This document shows, piece after piece, positions 1 to 10,900 of a stretch of 53,907 bases of DNA (position 1 is the stretch's first letter; every line of letters starts with the position of its first letter). This DNA comes from an uncultured bacterium (GTDB taxonomy: Bacteria > Fidelibacterota > Marinisomatia > Marinisomatales > UBA1611), in the NCBI GenBank assembly GCA_964404235.1, contig CAYOJL010000004.1, positions 1-53,907 of the forward strand, read 5' to 3'. The notes below the pieces were generated by a model. It was not told the DNA's origin. It saw nothing but the letters and a program-made list of their open reading frames with translations, and searched no databases. A program made the position numbers and the translations under genes.

Positions 1-32
1 AACTCTTTCTATAGGTTGAAAAGGGAAACCCA

Positions 33-836
33 CTATACAGTAAACAGCATAAAACGCATTATTTCATCATAATTATCAGTATCAAACTGTACGGTCTTTG
101 CATCGATCAAAGTAGCACCATTGTATTGAGATGCTCTATATGCAGATTGTTGCTTGATATAGCGGATACGAAGAACAAAGGATCCAGGATGTTTCCAAAC
201 GCAAGACTTCATATCACCTTTGAGCGCATCCGTGACCTTCTTTTGAATCATATTTCTTGATTCTTCAGGCTGAATACTTATGGTAGAATCGCCAACACCG
301 ACCATGGTTGCATGAGTGGTTGTATTGGGACTCACCTCTTTGACCTCTTCACATAGTCCAGCATCGCCAGACACAAATACAAGTGGCACACCATGCTTCC
401 CTGCTATATTACCATGGAGAAAGAATTCTGATGTTTGCTGGTCATTGATAAATACAGAATCAAGCTTGGATGATGACATGGTATGTGCAAGCGGATTACC
501 ACCCTGTCCAGCCATTGAGTGGTATCCTACCATCATTAGCGCATCAAAACTACTATCTAATTCCTGGACCATAGAATATGGGTGACCACTCCATCCACGA
601 ATGAGTTTTACATTCGTTGGCAAGTATTCTGATAGGATATTTCTTCCAGAATAATGTGCATCTTTAACCCAGATCTCTGTTGCACCAGCATCATTCGCAC
701 CATTACAGGCAGCTAGGACCTCTTTGGTCATACGATCTTGGAATTGAGTGTAGGATGATGGTTTGTTATGCTCTACCTCATCCCAATGTGTAACCCCTGT
801 GATACCCTCCATATCTGCGCTGATATATACTTTCAT
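33..836 (-). CDS. dppA: D-aminopeptidase, peptidase M55 (DppA family)
   Basis: N-terminus MKVYISADMEGITGV and overall length (267 aa) are typical of DppA/M55 aminopeptidases. Confidence 0.85.
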   Translation of the reverse strand: MKVYISADMEGITGVTHWDEVEHNKPSSYTQFQDRMTKEVLAACNGANDAGATEIWVKDAHYSGRNILSEYLPTNVKLIRGWSGHPYSMVQELDSSFDALMMVGYHSMAGQGGNPLAHTMSSSKLDSVFINDQQTSEFFLHGNIAGKHGVPLVFVSGDAGLCEEVKEVSPNTTTHATMVGVGDSTISIQPEESRNMIQKKVTDALKGDMKSCVWKHPGSFVLRIRYIKQQSAYRASQYNGATLIDAKTVQFDTDNYDEIMRFMLFTV

Positions 837-882
837 TTAATTAGACCCAGATTATTTTTTATAGTAGACCAACCATATAACA

Positions 883-921
883 CCTAAAAGTATCTATATC
901 AAATATATAGATACTTTTAGG
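883..921 (-). terminator. Perfect 17-bp stem / 5-nt loop hairpin just downstream of katG
   Basis: cctaaaagtatctatat (883-899) is the exact reverse complement of atatagatacttttagg (905-921). It lies 23 nt after the katG stop. There is no clean U-tract, so terminator function is inferred. Confidence 0.45.
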
Positions 922-943
922 GTAAAACTATTCTATGATTCGA

Positions 944-3082
<2,139 letters not shown>

Positions 3083-3090
3083 TTACTCCC

Positions 3091-3477
3091 TTATTCAGTA
3101 TGTTTATTACATGTACCAATAAATGTTATTTCTACATCTGATACTTCAAAATCATATTTTTTCTTAACCGTCCTATTAAGCTCATCATTGGATAGATGCA
3201 CATCAATGAGATTGCCACAGACAGTGCATTTTAAATGATCATGCGAATCCAAGTTCCAATCATATCTCGCTATACTGCCATCATATAATATTCTAATAAA
3301 ACCTTCATCGGTTAACTGCTTTAAATTTCTATATACTGTACCAAGACTTATATTTGGCACCGAACTTTTTACCTGGTTATAGACCCAATCGGCTGTTGGA
3401 TGTGAATTGGTTGACTGAACAACTTTCTTTATCAATTCTCTTTGACGACTAAAACGCACATATGAGATTAAAAACAA
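3091..3477 (-). CDS. Fur-family transcriptional regulator, PerR-like by context
   Basis: QRELIKKVVQSTNSHPTADWVY...LGTVYRNLKQL winged-helix region, an HDH metal-site motif and a CTVCG zinc motif. It is adjacent to katG and divergent from a peroxiredoxin operon. The start is uncertain: TTG at 3477, with an in-frame GTG at 3459. Confidence 0.8.
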   Translation of the reverse strand: MFLISYVRFSRQRELIKKVVQSTNSHPTADWVYNQVKSSVPNISLGTVYRNLKQLTDEGFIRILYDGSIARYDWNLDSHDHLKCTVCGNLIDVHLSNDELNRTVKKKYDFEVSDVEITFIGTCNKHTE

Positions 3478-3481
3478 ACAG

Positions 3482-3499
3482 TAATAATTCCTATTATTA
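3482..3499. promoter_or_regulatory. Candidate Fur/PerR-type operator (7-4-7 inverted repeat)
   Basis: TAATAAT-tcct-ATTATTA lies in the divergent intergenic region between the Fur-family gene and the Cys-rich/peroxiredoxin genes. It resembles AT-rich Fur/PerR boxes, but the genome is AT-rich, so a chance occurrence is possible. Confidence 0.35.
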
Positions 3500-3578
3500 G
3501 TTAAAGTATTATACTATTTGTATGAATGTCTTTAAGTTTTTGGATAACTAGTTAATCATTTTTAAAAAGGAATGAACT

Positions 3579-3776
3579 ATGGCAAAATATGAATGTGAAC
3601 ACTGTGGTATGGGAGTAGCAGATATGAAATGTGCTAAATGTGGGGAATCTCTCGTACATGACCATATCACTAAAGATGATGGCTCCAAGGTTGCAGTTTC
3701 AAAATGTCCGGATGGTTGTGGAAAAATAAAATCCCCCATGTGCTGTGGACATGATATGAGTTGTGACCTTAGTTAA
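3579..3776 (+). CDS. Small cysteine-rich metal-binding protein (9 Cys in 65 aa), unknown family
   Basis: ATG preceded by aaaaaggaa (SD-like). It has CxxCG-x8-CxxCG knuckles, then CPDGCG, CC and C. It lies directly upstream of the peroxiredoxin on the same strand. Confidence 0.6.
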   Translation: MAKYECEHCGMGVADMKCAKCGESLVHDHITKDDGSKVAVSKCPDGCGKIKSPMCCGHDMSCDLS

Positions 3777-3816
3777 TAACTAATTGTTTTAAATATATGA
3801 AAAGTTGCAACACTTT

Positions 3817-4284
3817 ATGCTAAGTGTAAATGATATAGCGCCCGAATTCACTCTGAAGAATACAAATAGAGAGGATGTCTCCCTCTCTGACCATAGCGAT
3901 AAAACAGTTGTTTTAGCATTCTACCCTGGTGCATACACAGGAGTATGTGATACAGAAATGTGTACTTTACAGGATAACCTTAATGCCTTCAATGACCTAA
4001 ATGCTACTGTATTAGGAATAAGTGTTGATTCGCCATGGGCAAATGGAGGATTTTCTAAGCAGTATAAATTAGAGTTTGACCTCTTGTCCGATCTAGATAG
4101 AAAGGTCATTAAAGATTATGATGTTCTTTTTACAGGTCTAGGCGGAGTTGAAGGTTATACATGCGCCAATCGAGCAGTATTTATTATCAAGGATGGTTTG
4201 ATCAAATACAATTGGGAAGCAGAACCAAATCCAGGTGTGGAGCCCAATTACGATGAGATCAAAAGTACCCTAGAAAACCTTTAA
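3817..4284 (+). CDS. Peroxiredoxin (AhpC/TSA family, CxxxxC as in BCP/PrxQ)
   Basis: VVLAFYPGAYTGVCDTEMC peroxidatic-Cys motif. The ATG at 3817 (MLSVNDIAPEF) is preferred over the TTG at 3805. Confidence 0.85.
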   Translation: MLSVNDIAPEFTLKNTNREDVSLSDHSDKTVVLAFYPGAYTGVCDTEMCTLQDNLNAFNDLNATVLGISVDSPWANGGFSKQYKLEFDLLSDLDRKVIKDYDVLFTGLGGVEGYTCANRAVFIIKDGLIKYNWEAEPNPGVEPNYDEIKSTLENL

Positions 4285-4298
4285 GGTGCTTTTCTAAA

Positions 4299-4327
4299 CC
4301 CCCTCTTTATCTAGAGGGGGTTTTTTT
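4299..4327 (+). terminator. Rho-independent terminator (usable from both strands)
   Basis: The ccccctct / agaggggg stem (4299-4306 / 4313-4320) is followed by TTTTTTT (4321-4327). It sits between the convergent peroxiredoxin and EamA genes. Confidence 0.7.
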
Positions 4328-5212
4328 ATCAATAATTAAATAATATTCCTTCAGAATCCCTCGCCCAATCACTCCCAATAGGACCAAAAAACCTCCCAAC
4401 TGCGCAGTGCTACTCATTGCTTCACCAAGAAAAATAAAAGCAAGCATAGGATTAAATATAGGCTCTATTACTGGGTAGATAATTGCATCAAGTGCTGAGA
4501 CATTTTTTATAGCAGTACTGTATAGTATATAAGCAACTCCAAGTTGTATTATGCCAAGAAAACTGATCAATAGCCAATGATTAGGATCATATGTCAGGCC
4601 CTTAAAGTAAAATGGAGAACAAAATAAAAAAGTTATAACATTACCGATCAATACAGAATCTATAGGTCTTGCATTTTTTTGTTTGCGCATAAATAAGGTT
4701 AAACCTGCGAAACCAAAGCCAGATAATAATGCTAACATGTTGCCCCACAGTTCATTAAAGGTAAGATCCTCTAAAAAGAAGCATCCTAATCCAATTAGTA
4801 TTATTAAGATAGCTAGCCAATCTATTTTTGTGGAACGCTCTCCAAGAAATGAAAATCCAAATAATGCTACATAAACCGGAGCTGCATATTGTATCAATAT
4901 CACATTCCCAGCTGTGGTCATTTTGTTCCCCATGACAAAACAAATCACCATTAAAGCATAGCATAAAGCGCCAGCCCAAGTATTAGCACCAAATTTGAAT
5001 TTACTGGGTTTACTATATAAAAATATTATAAGCGTAGTAAACCCGCTTCTTAATCCAGCAATTGCCAAAGGGGGCCATGGAATTAATTTTATTATAAACC
5101 CGCCAGTACTCCAAATGACCCCTGTAAGAATTAGAAGCCATATGGCAGATCTACGATTCAAATCAGATCCTTCAAAAATGGTTTCGCAATATGACCTATA
5201 ACGGCGAGACAC
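4307..5212 (-). CDS. EamA/DMT-family transporter
   Basis: About 10 hydrophobic helices in a two-repeat layout typical of EamA. The start is uncertain. The start at 5212 overlaps the HPP gene by 55 nt, whereas an in-frame TTG at 5161 would give a 4-nt TTGA overlap. Confidence 0.7.
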   Translation of the reverse strand: MSRRYRSYCETIFEGSDLNRRSAIWLLILTGVIWSTGGFIIKLIPWPPLAIAGLRSGFTTLIIFLYSKPSKFKFGANTWAGALCYALMVICFVMGNKMTTAGNVILIQYAAPVYVALFGFSFLGERSTKIDWLAILIILIGLGCFFLEDLTFNELWGNMLALLSGFGFAGLTLFMRKQKNARPIDSVLIGNVITFLFCSPFYFKGLTYDPNHWLLISFLGIIQLGVAYILYSTAIKNVSALDAIIYPVIEPIFNPMLAFIFLGEAMSSTAQLGGFLVLLGVIGRGILKEYYLIIDKKTPSR

Positions 5213-5628
5213 AATACACTAATAAGAATGGCTGTAGCGGATGTACTACTATAAGCTATTAATGTCATACCCAAGGCCGTACCAGCAGCAGGTGGGTGTT
5301 CAACATCTAATACAACCATTAACAGTATTGTGATCCCAACGGATAAAGAGAACCAAATCGCTTTAAAGAATACAATGTTCATGAATGGAAAAACCGCAAA
5401 ACAAGACCCTATAAAAAAACCTAGAAAATGTCCACCAATAATCCTTTTTGGGTCAGCGGAAATATTATTTGGCATTGCAAAAACAATGAATGCAGTTGCT
5501 CCTATACTAGCAATTATGACTGGGTTATCAGATAATATGAGCGTAATAATGAACACTGTGAAAGCAGCAAAAGAACTCTGTATAATATACTGTTTCCAAT
5601 ATGGGGAAAAATTAGGATCTATTTTCAT
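5158..5628 (-). CDS. HPP-family membrane protein
   Basis: VEHPPAAGTALG motif and four hydrophobic helices. Confidence 0.7.
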   Translation of the reverse strand: MKIDPNFSPYWKQYIIQSSFAAFTVFIITLILSDNPVIIASIGATAFIVFAMPNNISADPKRIIGGHFLGFFIGSCFAVFPFMNIVFFKAIWFSLSVGITILLMVVLDVEHPPAAGTALGMTLIAYSSTSATAILISVLCLAVIGHIAKPFLKDLI

Positions 5629-5660
5629 TAAAATTTTTATTTAGAGTCATAAAAATAAAA

Positions 5661-5685
5661 AGCCCCCTATATAAAGTAGGGGGCT
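5661..5685 (-). terminator. Rho-independent terminator after the PuuD-like gene
   Basis: agcccccta / tagggggct 9-bp stem, followed on the minus strand by TTTTATTTTT. Confidence 0.65.
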
Positions 5686-5711
5686 TTCTTATTACAATAT
5701 AAAAAGAACAG

Positions 5712-6494
5712 TTAAAAACCTTTTATTTTTGCAGATTTTTTATAGAGCTGAAAAACAATATGCCAACCTAGAATAACTATGACCATTAGGAGGATCCAAG
5801 AGAATTCTGATGGAATTCCGAGTGTTGTTGGTGCAGTCACATGATGTTGATTATGCATTGTCCAGATCAGTGGTACAGACATATAAGTATTATGCTTTGA
5901 TCTTAGCCCCGCAAGTGCAAGCAGATCGCCATCAGGTGCATCACCATTTTTGATCGCCTTAATTATCTTTTGCTGCGCAGGCCAAATTCGGAACCAAACA
6001 TTAAACGCCATATTTGTTCCAAAGAGTGCACCCAAATGCATATTGTAAGACCTATAACTAAAACCGGCCCAATCTTTCATCACTACTACAACTAAGGTCA
6101 GTAGAACAAAACTTACAACTGTAACAGCTCTAACATTAGATGCTAATGGTGATTTGTACAGTGCATCATACGCAAAGACCCCAAGAAAAGTTATTGCAAC
6201 CATTAAAAAGAACTCTAAACCATAGCCACTTGTTGCTGGATCCTCAAATGTTAGACCTCCATGGTAATATATGACCGCTAGAAGTATTACACCGGTTGCC
6301 CAAGTCCATGCCGCACCCCATCGAAACCAATAAAGAGTTCTTGGCATCAGCTCTGGAACAACTTTCTGTTTTGTATCACCATCCATGGTAGGTGCGAATG
6401 CAGTGTTAACAAAGTTAAAAAAGTACAGTAGCCCTATCCACATGATCCCAGCAATCACATGAAGCCATTTAAAAAGTGGATGAATTAATTCCAT
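5712..6494 (-). CDS. Membrane protein resembling the N-terminal membrane domain of urate hydroxylase PuuD (no cytochrome c domain)
   Basis: KWLHVIAGIMWIGLLYFFNF matches, from memory, the RWxHxxxGIxWIGxSFYF signature of that domain. It is a multi-pass membrane protein. Confidence 0.5.
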   Translation of the reverse strand: MELIHPLFKWLHVIAGIMWIGLLYFFNFVNTAFAPTMDGDTKQKVVPELMPRTLYWFRWGAAWTWATGVILLAVIYYHGGLTFEDPATSGYGLEFFLMVAITFLGVFAYDALYKSPLASNVRAVTVVSFVLLTLVVVVMKDWAGFSYRSYNMHLGALFGTNMAFNVWFRIWPAQQKIIKAIKNGDAPDGDLLALAGLRSKHNTYMSVPLIWTMHNQHHVTAPTTLGIPSEFSWILLMVIVILGWHIVFQLYKKSAKIKGF

Positions 6495-6547
6495 GATATT
6501 TGTCTCTCTCCCTTAAGATTATTATTTATTTTTTTAAATATTAGGTT

Positions 6548-7780
6548 CTACCCTTCCCTTAGGTTATATGCGCTATGAACTCTATCTATAGCAACCATAA
6601 AAGATGCGATCCTCATCGGAACATTTTTTTCCTTTTTGATCGAATAGACCTCATCAAATGCATGTACCATTTTCTCTTCAAGTTTCTTATTGACCTCGTC
6701 CTCCGTCCATTTGAATTGTTGCAAATTTTGGACCCATTCAAAATAAGATACCGTCACACCGCCAGCATTTGTCAAAATATCTGGGATAATGGAAATTTTC
6801 TTATCCCAAAGTTTATTCGCAGCATCGCCAGTAACAGGGCCATTCGCAGCCTCAACGATCACCTTACAATTCAATGAATCAACATTTGAATCATTGATTG
6901 CGCTACCCAATGCTGCTGGAATTAGAAAGTCACACTCCAGCGCAAGTAATTCCTCATTTGTGATCTTCTTTCCCTGTCCAAAGCCATCAATGGTCCTATT
7001 TTCATAATTATGTTCAAATAGTGAAGGGATATCGAGTCCATCTGAATCATATAATCCCCCTGTAACATCACTTACAGCAATGATCTTACAACCATATTCA
7101 TCTAAAAATTTTGCTGCATATGACCCAACATTCCCAAAACCTTGAATGACCACTTTACAATTTTTAAGATCTATACCCCACTTATCAGCTGTCTCACGAG
7201 TGATGACTGCTGTGCCTTTACCAGTAGCTGCCTCTCTTCCAGCAGAGCCTCCTAATTCTAAAGGCTTACCAGTGACAATTGCAGGTGAATAACCATGGAT
7301 CTGGCTGTATTCATCCATAAACCAACTCATAACTTGTGCATTAGTATTCACATCTGGTGCAGGAATGTCAACATTGATACCGATCACAGGATCAATTGCA
7401 CGAAAAAACCTTCTAGACATTCTTTCTAATTCAGTTTTACTATATTTACTTGGATCCACTCCTATGCCACCTTTTCCACCACCATAGGGGATATCTAATA
7501 AGGATGTTTTCCAGGTCATTAGGGTCGCAAGAGATCTTACTTCATCGATGTCCACATGTTGGTGATATCTAATACCACCCTTAAATGGACCTCTCGTATT
7601 ATTATGTTGGACCCTAAATCCAACCACACTTTCCAATTCACCATTATCCCTTCTAAAAGGGACTTCCACTGTTAACTCACGGTCTGGCAATTCGAGGGCT
7701 TTTGCAATATTAGGCTTGAGACCTAATTTGTTAACTGCTTCACTATATGCTGATGAGGTTGGGTCAGTACTTGATGACAT
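6548..7780 (-). CDS. gdhA: Glutamate dehydrogenase
   Basis: KGGIRYH, the catalytic motif PYGGGKGG, and the Rossmann motif GFGNVG. Confidence 0.95.
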   Translation of the reverse strand: MSSSTDPTSSAYSEAVNKLGLKPNIAKALELPDRELTVEVPFRRDNGELESVVGFRVQHNNTRGPFKGGIRYHQHVDIDEVRSLATLMTWKTSLLDIPYGGGKGGIGVDPSKYSKTELERMSRRFFRAIDPVIGINVDIPAPDVNTNAQVMSWFMDEYSQIHGYSPAIVTGKPLELGGSAGREAATGKGTAVITRETADKWGIDLKNCKVVIQGFGNVGSYAAKFLDEYGCKIIAVSDVTGGLYDSDGLDIPSLFEHNYENRTIDGFGQGKKITNEELLALECDFLIPAALGSAINDSNVDSLNCKVIVEAANGPVTGDAANKLWDKKISIIPDILTNAGGVTVSYFEWVQNLQQFKWTEDEVNKKLEEKMVHAFDEVYSIKKEKNVPMRIASFMVAIDRVHSAYNLREG

Positions 7781-7913
7781 AACTACTCCATTTATATCTT
7801 AGGTTATAGAAGTTAAATCTAATGATCATTATAATAACTACAAACCACACAATCTAAATCAATAATTGTTCTTTTTACCTTTAAGTCCTTAGATAATTAG
7901 TTATAAAATTGTT

Positions 7914-8798
7914 TTATTTAACAATTAAAATAGGACAATTACATTTTTCCATTACATTCAGTGGTTTACTTCCCATAAAAAATTTAGCTATAGGGGATTG
8001 GCTAGATGCACCCATTATTATAATATGGTTACTATCTGCAGTTTCTATTATAGTATCTACTGGATTTCCAGTTTTAAACATTGTTTCTGCTTCTACTCCA
8101 CTTCTCCGCATCATTTTGGCTGCATTATCCGATGCCTTTTTATACCCGTCTTCCAAATGTTCATCCTTGCTAATAGTTATCAGGTCAACTTTGATATTGA
8201 ATGCCTGAGCAACCCTGACACCATATTTGACAGCTTTTGCGGTTCCAGGAGAATCATCAACAGCTAGCAGAATCTTATAATTTTCATTTTGATTAAAATT
8301 ATTTACAATAAAGATCGAACTATCAATATATTGGATCATATCATGGGCCATACTACGCTTTCCACTTCCCCCAATAATTGTAAGGTCATATTCATAGGTA
8401 TGTACCTCATCTCTCAATTCTTTAATGATATCCCCATTCCTTAAGATCAAAGATAAATTTTCTAGAGCTGAACCTTTTAATAGTACCTCAGCTCGACCTG
8501 AGCCACTTTCAATAAGAACATTCTTAGGGAAACCATCTTTGATTGCCTGTTCTTCAATAAATTGGTTCTTTGAAAGATAATTATAGGCCCATTCTAATAC
8601 ATCTACACCAGGCCTATCTATATCCCAGGATTCCATGACCTCATTGGCCATACTCACATCCTTGAGACTAAACTCACTGATCTTTTGACCTACATCCACA
8701 ATGGTAGTAGAAGATCTAAGAGCACGGGCAATATTCATACCAACATCTAGGGTAGGACCTGAGTATTCTTTACTGCTAATTGCGATTAAAATTTTCAT
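7914..8798 (-). CDS. Tandem-domain universal stress protein
   Basis: Two USP repeats, ending in the typical NCPILIVK. The ATG at 8798 gives an ATGA overlap with the SLC13 stop and is preferred over the TTG at 8813. Confidence 0.8.
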   Translation of the reverse strand: MKILIAISSKEYSGPTLDVGMNIARALRSSTTIVDVGQKISEFSLKDVSMANEVMESWDIDRPGVDVLEWAYNYLSKNQFIEEQAIKDGFPKNVLIESGSGRAEVLLKGSALENLSLILRNGDIIKELRDEVHTYEYDLTIIGGSGKRSMAHDMIQYIDSSIFIVNNFNQNENYKILLAVDDSPGTAKAVKYGVRVAQAFNIKVDLITISKDEHLEDGYKKASDNAAKMMRRSGVEAETMFKTGNPVDTIIETADSNHIIIMGASSQSPIAKFFMGSKPLNVMEKCNCPILIVK

Positions 8799-10210
8799 AA
8801 TAATATTGGCCAATAAAACGTTGAGATCATCAAAAGCACCACGACGGAAATAATGAATAGTTTCCAGCCCGCTTTAAAATAATCACTTGAAGTAATAAGA
8901 CCAGTGGAATGTATAATCATACACGTAGGTGATGCCACAACAGTTAAATAAGCAAAGGCAGATGCAATAGATGTCATAATTCCCATAATTATAGGATTGC
9001 CACCCATATCTAGAATGATAGGACCAAGTACAGCTACAGTGGCGGCATTGCTTAATAGATTCGTTAATATTCCTGTTATAATAACAGATACAAACCATCT
9101 AACGACAGCAATATCTTGAAATATAAGTTCTAAATAATAAAGTGTCTCTTCAGCAACCCAAAGTGCCGCTCCGGTCTCTTTCATCTGTATACCTATAGAT
9201 ATTGCTGAACCAAATAATAATATCACACCCCAATTGGTATTTCTATTTATCTCTTGCCACTCAACCAGGCCAAAAGAAAGATAAAGAAAGACCCCACTCA
9301 ATGCTACAATACCAAGTCCAATAATGGGGCTTAGGAAGACCCAACCCAGAAAAACAAATATGAATATGACAATCGCCATTATTTGATTCGCTGTCAATTT
9401 CCCGGTCTTTGCAACTTTTACCTTTAATTTTCTAACAGATGAATCCATCATCTTTTGTTCAGGTGTAAATGTAAACCATAGGATCAATGCAACGATCGGG
9501 ATCTCTATAATTAACATAGGATAAGCAAACTTCATCCAGTCGAGATAAGAAATTTCGGCCATACCAAATTCTGATAAATAGCCTATCATAATTACATTTC
9601 TTCCCCCACCAGAAGGCGTCCCAATAGAACCAACAGCACAACCATATGCTATAGAAAAAAGGAGCAATGTAGAAAGTTTGGTGTTTTGTGTGGTACTTAA
9701 ACCGGCATTTCGAATTAGTGCGAGTGCAACCGGTAACATCATGGCCCCAACAGTATGTTCGCCAATAAACGAGGATAGGAAAGCTGAAATAGCTACAAAA
9801 CCAAGTACAATCCGCCAAGTTTTATTTCCTGTAATATTTATAACTAAAAGAGCTAATCTCTTATCGAGACCCTGATGGACAAGGGATACAGCCAGCATTA
9901 AAGAGCCCATAATAAAGAATACAGCATCACTCATAAAAGATGATGCCACACCATCTGCAGTATCAACTCCAAGTATGACCTCCATTATCAATATTAAAAT
10001 AGCCACACCTGGTAGAGGTATTGATTCACTTATGATCAATATCAATGCTACAAGAACAATGATCAATGTGCGGTGTCCTTCAGGTGAAAGACCATCTGGT
10101 GAAGGAACATAAAAAAAGGAAATACTAAGTAAAAAAGAAAGAATTAGCCACTTTTTACGAGTGACCCAGAATAATATATTTGAGACCGAGCGTGCCGAAA
10201 AACCAAACAT
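8795..10210 (-). CDS. SLC13/DASS-family anion permease (sulfate / di-tricarboxylate type)
   Basis: 471 aa and highly hydrophobic, with the inverted-repeat layout and SNAATVA / SFIGEHT-type hairpin motifs typical of SLC13/CitMHS permeases. Confidence 0.75.
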   Translation of the reverse strand: MFGFSARSVSNILFWVTRKKWLILSFLLSISFFYVPSPDGLSPEGHRTLIIVLVALILIISESIPLPGVAILILIMEVILGVDTADGVASSFMSDAVFFIMGSLMLAVSLVHQGLDKRLALLVINITGNKTWRIVLGFVAISAFLSSFIGEHTVGAMMLPVALALIRNAGLSTTQNTKLSTLLLFSIAYGCAVGSIGTPSGGGRNVIMIGYLSEFGMAEISYLDWMKFAYPMLIIEIPIVALILWFTFTPEQKMMDSSVRKLKVKVAKTGKLTANQIMAIVIFIFVFLGWVFLSPIIGLGIVALSGVFLYLSFGLVEWQEINRNTNWGVILLFGSAISIGIQMKETGAALWVAEETLYYLELIFQDIAVVRWFVSVIITGILTNLLSNAATVAVLGPIILDMGGNPIIMGIMTSIASAFAYLTVVASPTCMIIHSTGLITSSDYFKAGWKLFIISVVVLLMISTFYWPILL

Positions 10211-10237
10211 TGGTATTCGGAATTTATTGATTAAAAG

Positions 10238-10654
10238 TTATTGGTGTGTACAATCACTTGGCACCTTTGTCCCATCTTTATGAATAGCCCATTTCCAAAT
10301 AGGAACCTTTCGTTTAAGCTCTGATATAAAATAGGTCATGGCATCTAACCCTTCTTTTCGATGCTTGGACCATATCACAACATGCAGACTTACTTCACCC
10401 ACTTTTACTTTACCAACACGATGCTTACAAAATAGATCATGGATAGAAAATTTATTAATGGTCTCTTCAGCAATTATCTTTAACTCTTTTTCAGCCATCC
10501 CATCATATTGTTCATATTCGAGATCTGTTATCTCTTTATCATCCTCTATTGATCTGACCCTTCCATTAAAAGTAAGTTCAGCTCCTTCATCTGTCCGTTC
10601 ATTATCAGCTGGAAAAGGAAATATGGGACCTTTTATAATCTCAACTTTGACCAT
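10238..10654 (-). CDS. moaE: Molybdopterin synthase catalytic subunit
   Basis: MoaE-like sequence with a C-terminal VPIWKW motif. It lies immediately after moaD. Confidence 0.9.
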   Translation of the reverse strand: MVKVEIIKGPIFPFPADNERTDEGAELTFNGRVRSIEDDKEITDLEYEQYDGMAEKELKIIAEETINKFSIHDLFCKHRVGKVKVGEVSLHVVIWSKHRKEGLDAMTYFISELKRKVPIWKWAIHKDGTKVPSDCTHQ

Positions 10655-10900
10655 TTATCCACCCTGCACTGGAGGAATTAGGACAACCTCATCACCATCT
10701 TTTAATTCTTTATCATCCTTAACATATTCCTGATTTATGGCTATACGGAGTATAACATCGTCTAATTTATTTGCTGAACTACGACGTACTATACTTTCAA
10801 ATTCAGAAGATGTTGTACCATTTTCTAATTCAAAGGTCATCTCATCAGTTCCTAAAGCATATTTAACCTGAGAAAAACATTTTAATTTGACCTTTATCAT
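10655..10900 (-). CDS. moaD: Molybdopterin synthase sulfur-carrier subunit
   Basis: 81 aa, a ubiquitin-like protein ending in GG. Confidence 0.85.
   Translation of the reverse strand: MIKVKLKCFSQVKYALGTDEMTFELENGTTSSEFESIVRRSSANKLDDVILRIAINQEYVKDDKELKDGDEVVLIPPVQGG

Noticed and set aside
3548-3739. 63-aa minus-strand ORF overlapping the Cys-rich mini-protein gene
   Set aside because: The plus-strand ORF has an SD-like site, an ATG start and an ordered Cys pattern. The minus-strand ORF has none of these and would occupy the divergent promoter region.
8883-9818. ORFs 8883-9098 and 9459-9818 (minus strand) and 9678-9875 (plus strand) within the SLC13 gene
   Set aside because: They are alternative-frame or antisense ORFs inside a long, coherent membrane-protein CDS, with Cys/Tyr/Trp-rich nonsense composition.
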